A DNA stretch of 64,000 nt from the NCBI GenBank assembly GCA_027342785.1, contig DAHWPS010000115.1, forward strand, positions 7,052-71,051, in the 5' to 3' direction. Both the position numbers and the translations under genes were made by a program. Positions 17,431 through 25,949 of this stretch are shown here, in pieces; position 1 is the stretch's first letter, and every line of letters starts with the position of its first letter. Below the pieces are notes generated by a model. The model searched no databases. It had not been told where the DNA came from and saw nothing but the letters and a program-made list of their open reading frames with translations. Source of the stretch: Acidimicrobiaceae bacterium. Lineage in GTDB: Bacteria; Actinomycetota; Acidimicrobiia; Acidimicrobiales; RAAP-2.

Positions 17431-17510
17431 ATCCGCCCACCGCTCAACCCGCCTACCGCTCAACCCGCCCACCGCTCGACCCGTCCACCGCCCGATCCGC
17501 CCACCGAGCT
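17431..17510. repeat. 16-nt tandem repeat, about 5 copies (ACCCGCCCACCGCTCA-like)
   Basis: The copies are at 17431, 17447, 17463, 17479 and 17495, with 1-3 substitutions each. The array is intergenic, between the synthetase stop and the crotonase start. Confidence 0.9.
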
Positions 17511-17546
17511 GCCCGCGTCCGAGGTGCGGGATCGGAAGCGCCGACG

Positions 17547-19748
17547 TTACGCGGTCACGACCAGAGCGTCGGCGGCCACCGCCTTCGACGGTCCGGCCAG
17601 CAAGGGGTTCACATCCATCTCGGCGATGTCGCCGGAGAAGTCCATGGCCAGGTGCTGGATGGCCATGATGGCGTCGACCAGCGCGCCACGGTCGGCAGCG
17701 GGCTGTCCTCGCACCCCCCTGAGCAATGCCGCCCCTTGCAGCTCATCGAGCATCCGGGCAGCTTCGGCCGCCGGGAACGGGGGCACTCGGAAGGTCACGT
17801 CCCGGAGCACTTCGACAAATACCCCTCCCAGACCGAACATGACCACCGGTCCGAAGAGCTCGTCGTGCGCCAGCCCGAGCACCGTCTCGATACCTCGCGC
17901 CTGCTCGGCGACGAGGACGCCGTCGATCGCCGCGTCGGGCGCGGCAGCACCGGCTCGATCGAGCAGGGCCCTGTACGTGCGCCGGACCTCGGCTCCGGTG
18001 CGGACGCCGACTTCCACCAAGCCGAGGTCGGACTTGTGGGGGATGTCTGCCGAGGCCACCTTCATGACCACCGGGAACCCGGCCCGCTCCGCCGCTTTGA
18101 CCGCCTCGGCCGCGCTGGTCACCACCCGCTCTCGTGGGGTGGCGATCCCGTACGCCTTGAGGAGCGCTTTGGACTCCTGCTCGGACAACGTGCTCCCGCC
18201 GGGCCGCCGGCGCCCTCGGGGTGCGACGATACGCTGCGCGGCCGTCGAGGACTTGGTGCGGGTACGGACCGGGTGGGCGAACGGCGAGCGGTAGCCGTCC
18301 ACGAATCGATGGTGCTCGAAGTAGGCACTGGCGGCCATCACGGCATTGGTGAACGTGCGGAACGTCGGTACCGCGCTCTTGAGGAGGTTCTCCCTGTAGG
18401 CGGCCTCGTCCCCGGTGGGGGAGCCCCAGACGACCAGCATCGGCTTGTCGGTGCGAGCTGCGGCGGCGACCAGGTCAGCCGTCAGCTTGTCGGCCATGGA
18501 GGCCAGCGCACCGGTGATCGGGCACAAGATGAGATCCACGTTCGGGTCGGCGATGATCGCGTCGATGATCTTGGGTCCTCGCCAGTCGCGCACGGGTGGA
18601 CCCCCGTTGTCGACCGGGTTGGAAACCCTCAGGTAGGGCGGGATCCACTCGTGGAGCTGGCGCTGAGTCTCGGCCGTGAGCTTCGGGAGCTCGAGCCCCG
18701 CTGCCGCTACGAGATCGGCCATGTGCGCACCGGTCCCCCCCGAGATCGAGTAGACGCAGACCCGACCGGCACGTCCGCGCCGGAGCCTGCGCAACCCTTC
18801 GGGTGAGGGAGGCTTGGTCCGCGCCAGCGTGGCCGCCACTTCCAAGAGCTGGTCCAAGCCGTCGACCCGGGTCACACCGTACTGGCGGAACGCGGCGGAG
18901 ACGACGGCATCGGACCCGGTGAGGTGCCCGGTGTGGGCTTTGGCCATGCTCGTGCCCTCTGCCGTCCGCCCGACCTTCACGGCCACGATTGGCACGCGGT
19001 GCTGTGCCGCCTGGTCGGCAGCGAGCTGGAGCGTCCGGCCGTTCTTGAAGCCCTCGACATAGCAGGCTACAGCGCCGGTCTCTCGGAGCTTGGAGAAGTA
19101 CCCGACGAAGTCGGCGATCTCGAGGTCGGCCTCGTTGCCTACCGGGGCCCAGTGCGAGAGGCGGATGCCGATCTCCTGGCCCTGGAAGACCGGTCGTCCC
19201 TGGTGCCCGCTCTGGGTGACCAGGGCGATGGCCTTGCCCGGCAAGTCGTCACGGAACTGCTCGAACGCGTTGAGGTTGGTGTTGGGCCCGAGGACGTGAA
19301 GGCCGCTCCCGGCGATGAGGGATTCGAGCTCAGCCTGCATCGCCTCGCCTTCGGCTCCGACCTCGGAGAACCCTGCAGCGAAGACGATGGCGAACTTGGC
19401 CCGGGCAGCGATCGCATCCTTGATGATGGGCAGCGGGTCGCCGACCAAGATGGCCACCACGTCGACGCGGCGGCCCACGTCGGCGATCGTGGCCGCGCAC
19501 GGTCGTCCCGCGACCACGGGCCGGTTCGGGTTCACGTAGGAGATGTCGGCCCCGCGGGACTCGGCCCACGCCGTGATCTTCACGGTCAGCGCCGTGTTCG
19601 GCTTGGCGTTGGAGTCCGAGGCGCCGACCACGCACACCGACTTCGGTCGGAAGAACGTGTCGAGGTCCAGCGGTCGCAAGGTCGTGGGCAGACCCATCAC
19701 GTCGACGGGCTCGTCCCGGCTCGTCTTGGTCTTGGCACTGGTCGGCAC
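17547..19748 (-). CDS. ADP-forming acyl/acetyl-CoA synthetase, fused alpha-beta (CoA-binding, ligase-CoA and ATP-grasp domains)
   Basis: 733 aa. The N-terminal CoA-binding segment is FRPKSVCVVGASDS. The central part is succinyl-CoA-ligase-like. The C-terminal ATP-grasp region is LSEQESKALLKAYGIATP...PVVMKVAS. Confidence 0.8.
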   Translation of the reverse strand: MPTSAKTKTSRDEPVDVMGLPTTLRPLDLDTFFRPKSVCVVGASDSNAKPNTALTVKITAWAESRGADISYVNPNRPVVAGRPCAATIADVGRRVDVVAILVGDPLPIIKDAIAARAKFAIVFAAGFSEVGAEGEAMQAELESLIAGSGLHVLGPNTNLNAFEQFRDDLPGKAIALVTQSGHQGRPVFQGQEIGIRLSHWAPVGNEADLEIADFVGYFSKLRETGAVACYVEGFKNGRTLQLAADQAAQHRVPIVAVKVGRTAEGTSMAKAHTGHLTGSDAVVSAAFRQYGVTRVDGLDQLLEVAATLARTKPPSPEGLRRLRRGRAGRVCVYSISGGTGAHMADLVAAAGLELPKLTAETQRQLHEWIPPYLRVSNPVDNGGPPVRDWRGPKIIDAIIADPNVDLILCPITGALASMADKLTADLVAAAARTDKPMLVVWGSPTGDEAAYRENLLKSAVPTFRTFTNAVMAASAYFEHHRFVDGYRSPFAHPVRTRTKSSTAAQRIVAPRGRRRPGGSTLSEQESKALLKAYGIATPRERVVTSAAEAVKAAERAGFPVVMKVASADIPHKSDLGLVEVGVRTGAEVRRTYRALLDRAGAAAPDAAIDGVLVAEQARGIETVLGLAHDELFGPVVMFGLGGVFVEVLRDVTFRVPPFPAAEAARMLDELQGAALLRGVRGQPAADRGALVDAIMAIQHLAMDFSGDIAEMDVNPLLAGPSKAVAADALVVTA

Positions 19749-19853
19749 TGTTCCTCCCGCTTGTCACGCGAACGCTCTCGACCGGTCGCCCGCTCGTCGC
19801 AACCCCTTCTCGGAGGTCGAATTGTGGGCCGCTCCGGCGGCCGTTACCGTATC

Positions 19854-19867
19854 TGACATCAGTGTCA
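19854..19867. promoter_or_regulatory. TGACA-TCAG-TGTCA palindrome
   Basis: Read directly. It lies 23 nt upstream of the SDR ATG (19890) and 106 nt upstream of the divergent ADP-forming synthetase start. Confidence 0.55.
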
Positions 19868-19889
19868 GTGTCGATCCCGAGGGGGGCGA

Positions 19890-20813
19890 ATGGGCGTACT
19901 CGAAGGCAAGGTGGCGATCGTGACCGGGGCCGGGCACGGCATCGGGAGGGGTGAAGCCCTCGAGCTGGCCTCCCAAGGGGCGAAAGTCGTGGTGAACGAC
20001 GTCGGGGGCACCGAGTCCGGGGAAGGCGCCGACCGGCGTCCGGCCGACGAGGTGGTCGAGATCATCACGCGGGCCGGCGGGCAGGCGGTGGCCAACTACG
20101 ACGACGTGGCGGACTGGGAAGGGGCCGAGCGCTTGGTGGCTCAGGCGTACGACGCGTTCGGCGGCCACGATGTCCTCGTCAACAATGCCGGCATCATCCG
20201 CGACCGGATGATCGTCTCGATGACCGAGGCGGACTTCGACGCCGTGGTGCGAGTGCACCTGAAAGGAACGTTCGTCACCACCCATCACGCATGTGTCCGC
20301 TGGCGCCAGCGCACCAAGGACGGCGAGCAGGTCCGGGCCGCCATCGTGAACACGGTGTCGTCGGCCGGCCTCCAGGGGAACGTCGGGCAGGCCAACTACG
20401 GCGCGGCCAAGGCCGGGATCGCCGCGCTCACGGTGATCACGAGCTTGGAGGGCTCGCGCTACGGGGTCAGGGCCAACGCGATCGCACCCGGGGGAGTCAC
20501 CCGCTTGACCGGCGGAGTGCTCAAAGACGTCGAGATCAAAGAACCCGACGCGTACAGCGAGTACAGCCGTCTGAACCCCCAGAATTCGGCGCCGATGGTG
20601 GCGTGGCTGGCCTCGGACCAGGCGCTCCACGTCACCGGACAGGTGTTCCGGGCGGTCGGGGCGAACATCGCCCACTACGAGCCGTGGCGATTGGGGGCGG
20701 CCGTCGACAATCCCAAGGGTGAGGAGAAGTGGGACCCGGCGTCCATCGGGCCAGAGGTGAACGCCCACGTCTTCCACTCCCGGCATCCCGGGCTCAAGAT
20801 GGGGGGCGGCTGA
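19890..20813 (+). CDS. SDR family oxidoreductase (3-oxoacyl/3-hydroxyacyl-CoA dehydrogenase-like)
   Basis: It has GKVAIVTGAGHGIGRG, NNAGI, and the catalytic YGAAK (Y-x3-K). 307 aa. Confidence 0.85.
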   Translation: MGVLEGKVAIVTGAGHGIGRGEALELASQGAKVVVNDVGGTESGEGADRRPADEVVEIITRAGGQAVANYDDVADWEGAERLVAQAYDAFGGHDVLVNNAGIIRDRMIVSMTEADFDAVVRVHLKGTFVTTHHACVRWRQRTKDGEQVRAAIVNTVSSAGLQGNVGQANYGAAKAGIAALTVITSLEGSRYGVRANAIAPGGVTRLTGGVLKDVEIKEPDAYSEYSRLNPQNSAPMVAWLASDQALHVTGQVFRAVGANIAHYEPWRLGAAVDNPKGEEKWDPASIGPEVNAHVFHSRHPGLKMGGG

Positions 20814-20814
20814 G

Positions 20815-21963
20815 ATGGCGGCTCGGCGAGTCGCGATCGTCGGCGCGTCGACGTCGGACTGCGGGCGGGTCGACGACAAGACGGCGTTCCAGCTCAATTA
20901 CCAGGGGACGACCCGAGCGCTGGCTGACGCAGGCATCGACCGCTCCGAGGTCGACGGCTTCATGTCCCACAACACCGGGGCGTTGCCCCCGATCGAGCTG
21001 GCCGAGTATCTCGGGATCCGTCCGAACTGGGCGGACTCCACCGGGCACGGCGGGAGCATCTGGGAGTTCATGGTCGAGCATGCGGCCGCGGCGATCGCCC
21101 AGGGTCTGGCCGAAGTGGTGGTCCTCACCTACGGCTCCACCCAGCGTGCCGATCTCAAGAAGAAGCTCCGGATGGCCAACTTGAGCTTCGGAACCCGCGG
21201 GCCGGCGCAGTTCGCCGCGCCGTTCGGTCACCCGGTCGGCTCCCACTACGCCATGGCGGCGCGCCGGCACATGCACGAGTTCGGCACGACGATGGCCCAA
21301 CTGGCCGAAGTCGCAGTGTCAGCCCGCTACAACGCCGGGCTGAACCCCGACGCCTACTACCGCGAACCGCTCACGGTCGACGACGTGCTCGCCGAGCCGC
21401 CCATCTGGGACCCGCTCACCAAGTCCCACTGCTGCATCCGATCCGATGGCGGGGGGGCGGTGGTGCTCACGAGCGAGGAGCGCGCCCGGGACTGTGCGAA
21501 AGCTCCGGTGTGGGTTCTCGGGACGGGGGAGGCCATCTCCCACGTGACGATGAGCGAGTGGAAGGACTACACCGAGTCGCCGTGCGTGCGGTCGGGCAAG
21601 CTCGCCTTCGAGCGCGCCGGCGTGACGCCGGACGACATCGACACGTGCCAGGTGTACGACGCCTTCACGCCGATGGTGCTGCTGACCTTGGAGGGGCTGG
21701 GCTTCTGCGGCAAAGGGGAGGGAGGCGCCTTCGTCGAGGACGGGAAGCTCCGCGTGGGCGGCGCGCTGCCCACGAACACCGACGGTGGAGGCCTGTCGTC
21801 CTGCCAGCCGGGGATGAGGGGGATCTTCTTGCTCATCGAAGCCGTGCGCCAGCTCCGAGGCGAGTGTGGCGATCGCCAGGTGCCCGACGCCCGGCTGGCC
21901 TGCGTCAACGGCACGAGCGGGTGGTTCTCGGCCACCGGCACGGTCATCCTCGGCCGCGACTGA
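20815..21963 (+). CDS. thiolase-like lipid-transfer protein (Ltp/SCP-x type)
   Basis: It begins MAARRVAIVGASTSDCGR and has C-terminal NTDGGGLS and a thiolase-fold length of 382 aa. The start lies 1 nt after the SDR stop. Confidence 0.8.
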   Translation: MAARRVAIVGASTSDCGRVDDKTAFQLNYQGTTRALADAGIDRSEVDGFMSHNTGALPPIELAEYLGIRPNWADSTGHGGSIWEFMVEHAAAAIAQGLAEVVVLTYGSTQRADLKKKLRMANLSFGTRGPAQFAAPFGHPVGSHYAMAARRHMHEFGTTMAQLAEVAVSARYNAGLNPDAYYREPLTVDDVLAEPPIWDPLTKSHCCIRSDGGGAVVLTSEERARDCAKAPVWVLGTGEAISHVTMSEWKDYTESPCVRSGKLAFERAGVTPDDIDTCQVYDAFTPMVLLTLEGLGFCGKGEGGAFVEDGKLRVGGALPTNTDGGGLSSCQPGMRGIFLLIEAVRQLRGECGDRQVPDARLACVNGTSGWFSATGTVILGRD

Positions 21964-22075
21964 GCCTCTGATCTTCTGGTCCGCCGGCTGAGTGGCCGGT
22001 CCGCTGGGTCGCCCCGCCACTCGATGGCTGGGCCAGCGCCCCCAGTCTGTACGTCTCGGAGGTCCTCGCTGGGAG

Positions 22076-22885
22076 TCAGCGGTTGCGCCACACCGGCGGG
22101 CGCTTCTCGGCGAACGCCGCCGGACCCTCCTTCGCATCGTCGCTGGAGAACACCTCTTTGGAGATCGCCGACTCGATCCGGTAGGCCTCTCGCATGTCGG
22201 TGGCCAGCCCGCGCAGGACCGACTCCTTGGTCTTGCGGACGGCGAACGGCCCGTTCGCGGTGATGCGCTTCGCGTAGTCCTCGGCTCGCTCCATGAGGAG
22301 CTCGGAGGTGGTGACCTCGTTCAAGAGCCCCATTGCCAGGGCTCGAGACGCCGGGATCCGGTCGGCGCACAAGAGCAGCTCCATGGCTGCAGGGAAAGGA
22401 ACCTGACGGGGAAGCCGGACGGTGGTACCACCCCCGGCGAAGAGCCCTCGCTTGGGCTCCATCACCCCGAACGTGGCCTCTTCCGAGGCAATGCGCAGGT
22501 CGCAGCCGCCCAGCATCTCCATCCCACCGGCCACGCACGTGCCGTTCACTGCGGCGATGATCGGCTTGTACAGCTCGACGTTCCGCAGCACTGCTTTGAT
22601 GCCGTCGTCGAGACGGTAGCCGCCGACGTCGGGGGTCTCTCCCGCGGCGATCTGCTTTTGGAGTGCCGTGATCTGGGGGATGTAGGTCTTGAGGTCGGCG
22701 CCCACACAGAAGTCCTCGCCGACGCCCGTAACGATGGCCACCCAGGCGTCGTCTTCGCCGCCGAAGCGCTCCCAGGCCGTCCGGAGCTGGAAGAAGTGCT
22801 CCATGTCCAAGGAGTTGCGCGCCTCGGGGCGGTCGATGGTGATCCGGACGACGTGGTCGTCCCCGCGCTCGTAGTGCACCGGCAT
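22076..22885 (-). CDS. enoyl-CoA hydratase/isomerase (crotonase)
   Basis: It has VVRITIDRPEARNSLD, FCVGADL and NGTCVAGGMEML. 269 aa. Confidence 0.9.
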   Translation of the reverse strand: MPVHYERGDDHVVRITIDRPEARNSLDMEHFFQLRTAWERFGGEDDAWVAIVTGVGEDFCVGADLKTYIPQITALQKQIAAGETPDVGGYRLDDGIKAVLRNVELYKPIIAAVNGTCVAGGMEMLGGCDLRIASEEATFGVMEPKRGLFAGGGTTVRLPRQVPFPAAMELLLCADRIPASRALAMGLLNEVTTSELLMERAEDYAKRITANGPFAVRKTKESVLRGLATDMREAYRIESAISKEVFSSDDAKEGPAAFAEKRPPVWRNR

Positions 22886-22889
22886 CGGA

Positions 22890-24185
22890 TCAGCCTGTCG
22901 ATCCGGTACCGAGCTTGCGAGCGACCGTTGCCAGGCTCACGATGCCCCCCTCGGTCTCGGTCCGACCGTGCGCCCTCGACACCGGGCGAGTGTCCACGTC
23001 GGCTGCCTCGGCCCGCAGGGATCCCACGGTGCAGCGCTCGCGGGGGCGGACGGAGAACGGGTCGTAGCGGAAGTGCCGCATGGCGTTGAGGTGGGTGATC
23101 TTGTCGATCTCCTCATCGGGCACGTCGGCGAGGTACTTCATCGCGGCTTCGGGCGACTGAGGCCACGTCGAGTCGGAGTGGGGGTAGTCGCACTCCCAGG
23201 TGATGTTGTCCACGTTGAGGTAGTCGCGGTTGGCGATCCCGAACGCGTCGTCGATGAAACAGGTGATGATCCGCTCTTTGAAGACCTGGCTCGGGAGCAT
23301 GTCGCCGAAGTCCTGCCCGGTCCAGGCATGGTGGTGCTGGTACACGTAGTCGATCCGCTCGAGGGCATAGGGGATCCACCCGATCCCGCCTTCGGAGAGG
23401 GCGAACCGGAGGTCTGGGTAGCGCCGGAGGACCGGTGACCACAGCAGGTCGGCCGCGGCTTGGACCATGTTCATGGGCTGGAGGCTGATCATGACGTCGA
23501 TTGGCGCCTCGACCGAGGTCATCACGAGCTGGGACGACGAGCCGAGGTGCATGCACACCACCGTGCCTTCGTCCGAGCAGGCGGTCCAGAAGGGGTCCCA
23601 ATGGGAGTTGTGCAGGGAAGGCCATCCCAGCTTCTCGGGGTTCTCCGAGAACGTGACCGCGTGGCAGCCCGCGGCCGCCACGCGCCGGACCTCGGCCGCC
23701 GCCAGCTCCGGGTCCCAGATGGCCGGGATCGAGAGCGGGATGAATCGACCGGGCTCTGCCCCGCACCAACCCTCGATGTGCCAGTCGTTGTAGGCCCGGA
23801 CCATCGCGAGCGCCTCTGTCTTGTCCTCCCGGCGGGCGAAGAGCTGCCCGCAGAACTGGGGGAAGGAGGGGAAGCACATCGAGCCGAGCACGCCGTTTGC
23901 GCTCATGTCGCGGACCCGCTCGTGCACGTCGAAGCACCCGCGGCGCATGTCTGTGAGCGAGGTGGGCTCGATGCCGTACTCCTCGGGTGGCCTGCCGACC
24001 ACGGCGTTCAGCCCCACGTTGGGGATCTCGTTCCCGTCGTAGTGCCAGAAGTCGGTCCCGTCGTCTCTGCGGACGAGCTTTGGCGCTTGATCCTGGTACT
24101 TGGCCGGCAGGCGGCCGTCGAACATGTCAGGGGGCTCGATGACGTGATCGTCCACGCTCACCAAGATCATGTCTTCCGTGCGCAT
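22890..24185 (-). CDS. amidohydrolase (amidohydrolase_2 family), paralog of 11342-12511
   Basis: It begins MRTEDMILVSVDDHVIEPPDMFDGRLPAKYQDQAPK. AAAGGAG precedes ATG 24185 (GTG 24188 is an alternative). Confidence 0.8.
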   Translation of the reverse strand: MRTEDMILVSVDDHVIEPPDMFDGRLPAKYQDQAPKLVRRDDGTDFWHYDGNEIPNVGLNAVVGRPPEEYGIEPTSLTDMRRGCFDVHERVRDMSANGVLGSMCFPSFPQFCGQLFARREDKTEALAMVRAYNDWHIEGWCGAEPGRFIPLSIPAIWDPELAAAEVRRVAAAGCHAVTFSENPEKLGWPSLHNSHWDPFWTACSDEGTVVCMHLGSSSQLVMTSVEAPIDVMISLQPMNMVQAAADLLWSPVLRRYPDLRFALSEGGIGWIPYALERIDYVYQHHHAWTGQDFGDMLPSQVFKERIITCFIDDAFGIANRDYLNVDNITWECDYPHSDSTWPQSPEAAMKYLADVPDEEIDKITHLNAMRHFRYDPFSVRPRERCTVGSLRAEAADVDTRPVSRAHGRTETEGGIVSLATVARKLGTGSTG

Positions 24186-24231
24186 CACCGCTCCTTTCGC
24201 CGCTCACACCGGTGCTCCGGGCGACCGGATA

Positions 24232-24245
24232 TGACGCCGGTGTCA
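24232..24245. promoter_or_regulatory. TGACG-CCGG-TGTCA near-palindrome
   Basis: Read directly. It lies about 47 nt upstream of the amidohydrolase start (minus strand) and shares the right flank TGTCACAT with the 2257 copy. Confidence 0.35.
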
Positions 24246-24275
24246 CATACTGTAGGCGGCGCCGAGCGGGTCGCG

Positions 24276-24339
24276 CCCGTGCCCGACGCGACGGTGCCCG
24301 GTGTTCCCGTGCCCAGTGCGACGGTGCCCGGTCCGAGTT
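24276..24339. repeat. about 30-nt direct repeat, 2 copies (CCCGTGCCCGACGCGACGGTGCCCGGT...)
   Basis: Read directly. It lies in the intergenic region upstream of the amidohydrolase gene. Confidence 0.8.
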
Positions 24340-24367
24340 CCCGGTGGACGGCCGTCGTCCCGGTGCT

Positions 24368-24736
24368 TCAGATAACCGGTCCCGGCGCACCCTCGGGCGG
24401 GGATTTGACCGGCCCGGTGTGAGCGGCGACGGCGGCTTGGAACGCCGCGGGGTCTTCCGGCGTGACGAACGGCCGGACCATTGCACCCAGGTCGAAGACG
24501 AACGCCACCGACTTGCGTGGGCGCCCGGGATCGAAGCTGGCCCAGTACCTCGGGTTGGAGGTACCCCAGATCCTCTCCTTGCCCCGGAGGGAGGACATCT
24601 CGACTCGTACGACACCTTTGACCGAGGAGTAGCGGATGCGCTTGGTGCCCCACGGGAAGTAGTAGCCCCGCACCTCGATGCCCTCGGCGGTGCACGTGAT
24701 CCACTTGTCCTCGTACTCCGCTCCCGTTCGGGCCAT
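24368..24736 (-). CDS. small conserved hypothetical protein (PH-domain-like)
   Basis: Only the last 122 codons of the long listed ORF look coding: MARTGAEYEDKWITCTAEGIEVRGYYFPWG.... The upstream part is antisense to the LLM oxidoreductase gene. Confidence 0.55.
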   Translation of the reverse strand: MARTGAEYEDKWITCTAEGIEVRGYYFPWGTKRIRYSSVKGVVRVEMSSLRGKERIWGTSNPRYWASFDPGRPRKSVAFVFDLGAMVRPFVTPEDPAAFQAAVAAHTGPVKSPPEGAPGPVI

Positions 24737-24883
24737 GCCGCGCGCTCCCTTCTCGGGACCGGACCTCGGTTCGCCGGTTTCCCTGATCCTAGAAGCACTG
24801 GTGGCGCGCAGTCCTGGAGAGCTCGAAGGCCGATCGACGGATCGGACGGGCCGACCGCTACGATCGGCACGGTGGCAGTGGAG

Positions 24884-25930
24884 ATGAGCTGGTTCGCAGC
24901 GCTCTGCGACGACGACTACGAGCTCCTCGGCGTGCCCGACCCCGCGCTCCGGTCGAGCTATGAGCACTGCGCGGCCATCGTCCACCAGGCCCAGTCGTCG
25001 GGGTTCGACAACATCCTGCTCCCGTCGGGGTACACGCTCGGGATCGACACGCTGGCGTTTGCCGCGGCCGTGGCCCCCACCCTCGATCGGATTCGCCTCC
25101 TCGTGGCTGTTCGATGCGGCGAGGAGTGGCCACCCAAGCTGGCCCGCCAGCTCGCCACCTTGGATCGGCTGCTCGGGGGGAGGCTCACGATCAACGCGAT
25201 CTCGAGCGACCTGCCCGGGCAGGCAGTCGACTCGGCACCGCGCTATGCCCGGAGCGGCGAGGTGCTCCAGATCGTCCGGGACCTGCTGGACGGCAAGCAT
25301 GTCGACCATCATGGTTCGTGGTACGACGTCGAGGTCGACCCGCCGCGGCTGAGCACCGTGTCGGGACGCTGCCCTCCGGTCTATTTCGGCGGCCTGTCGG
25401 AGCCGGCCCGAGAGCTGGCAGCCGCCGCAGCCGACGTCTACCTCATGTGGCCGGATACCGAAGACGTGGTGGCATCGGTGGTCGCCGATCTCCGCCGCCG
25501 GGCAGCCGCGCTCGGCCGCACCCTGCGCTTCGGCTATCGGGTGCACGTCGTGGTCCGCCGCACCGAGTCCGAGGCGCGAGAGGCGGCCCGCCATCTCGTC
25601 TCGATGCTCGACGACGATACCGGTGCAGCGATCCGGAACCGTTCACTCGACGCCGCATCGGCGGGCGTGGGTCGCCAGGGGGAGCTTCGGGCGGCAGCCG
25701 ATGACGAAGGCTACGTCGAGGAGCACCTGTGGACCGGGATCGGCAGGGGTCGGTCAGGCTGCGGTGCCGCGCTCGTCGGCGATCCCGAGCAGGTGGCCGC
25801 AAAGCTCTCCCGCTATGCCGAACTGGGCATGGATGCGTTCATCCTGTCGGGCTACCCCCACATCGACGAGTGCCGCCGCTTCGGCGAGCTGGTGCTCCCC
25901 CTCATCGACCACGCGCCACTCACCGTGTGA
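24884..25930 (+). CDS. LLM-class (luciferase-like) flavin-dependent oxidoreductase, SsuD-like
   Basis: From ATG 24884 it reads MSWFAALCDDDYELLG...GFDNILLPSGY...YLMWPD...LSGYPHIDE, typical of the luciferase-like monooxygenase TIM barrel. Confidence 0.75.
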   Translation: MSWFAALCDDDYELLGVPDPALRSSYEHCAAIVHQAQSSGFDNILLPSGYTLGIDTLAFAAAVAPTLDRIRLLVAVRCGEEWPPKLARQLATLDRLLGGRLTINAISSDLPGQAVDSAPRYARSGEVLQIVRDLLDGKHVDHHGSWYDVEVDPPRLSTVSGRCPPVYFGGLSEPARELAAAAADVYLMWPDTEDVVASVVADLRRRAAALGRTLRFGYRVHVVVRRTESEAREAARHLVSMLDDDTGAAIRNRSLDAASAGVGRQGELRAAADDEGYVEEHLWTGIGRGRSGCGAALVGDPEQVAAKLSRYAELGMDAFILSGYPHIDECRRFGELVLPLIDHAPLTV

Positions 25931-25949
25931 CCGGACCGATGACCGTGCG

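Noticed and set aside
17431-17510. Whether any tandem-repeat array (also 33632, 37943, 40644 and 24276) is a CRISPR array.
   Set aside because: The units are directly adjacent with no spacers, are only 10-30 nt long, and no cas genes are nearby.
24212-24883. Long N-terminal extensions offered by the ORF track. Examples are 24212 for the LLM gene, 45578 for the P450, 48813 for the fused ACAD, 52964 for the aldehyde dehydrogenase, 50704 for the CMD gene, 7630 for the ATPase and 31192-32574 for the ABC-2 permease.
   Set aside because: The extensions overlap neighbouring genes or are compositionally non-coding. Internal starts with Shine-Dalgarno sequences or start/stop overlaps give proteins of canonical length.
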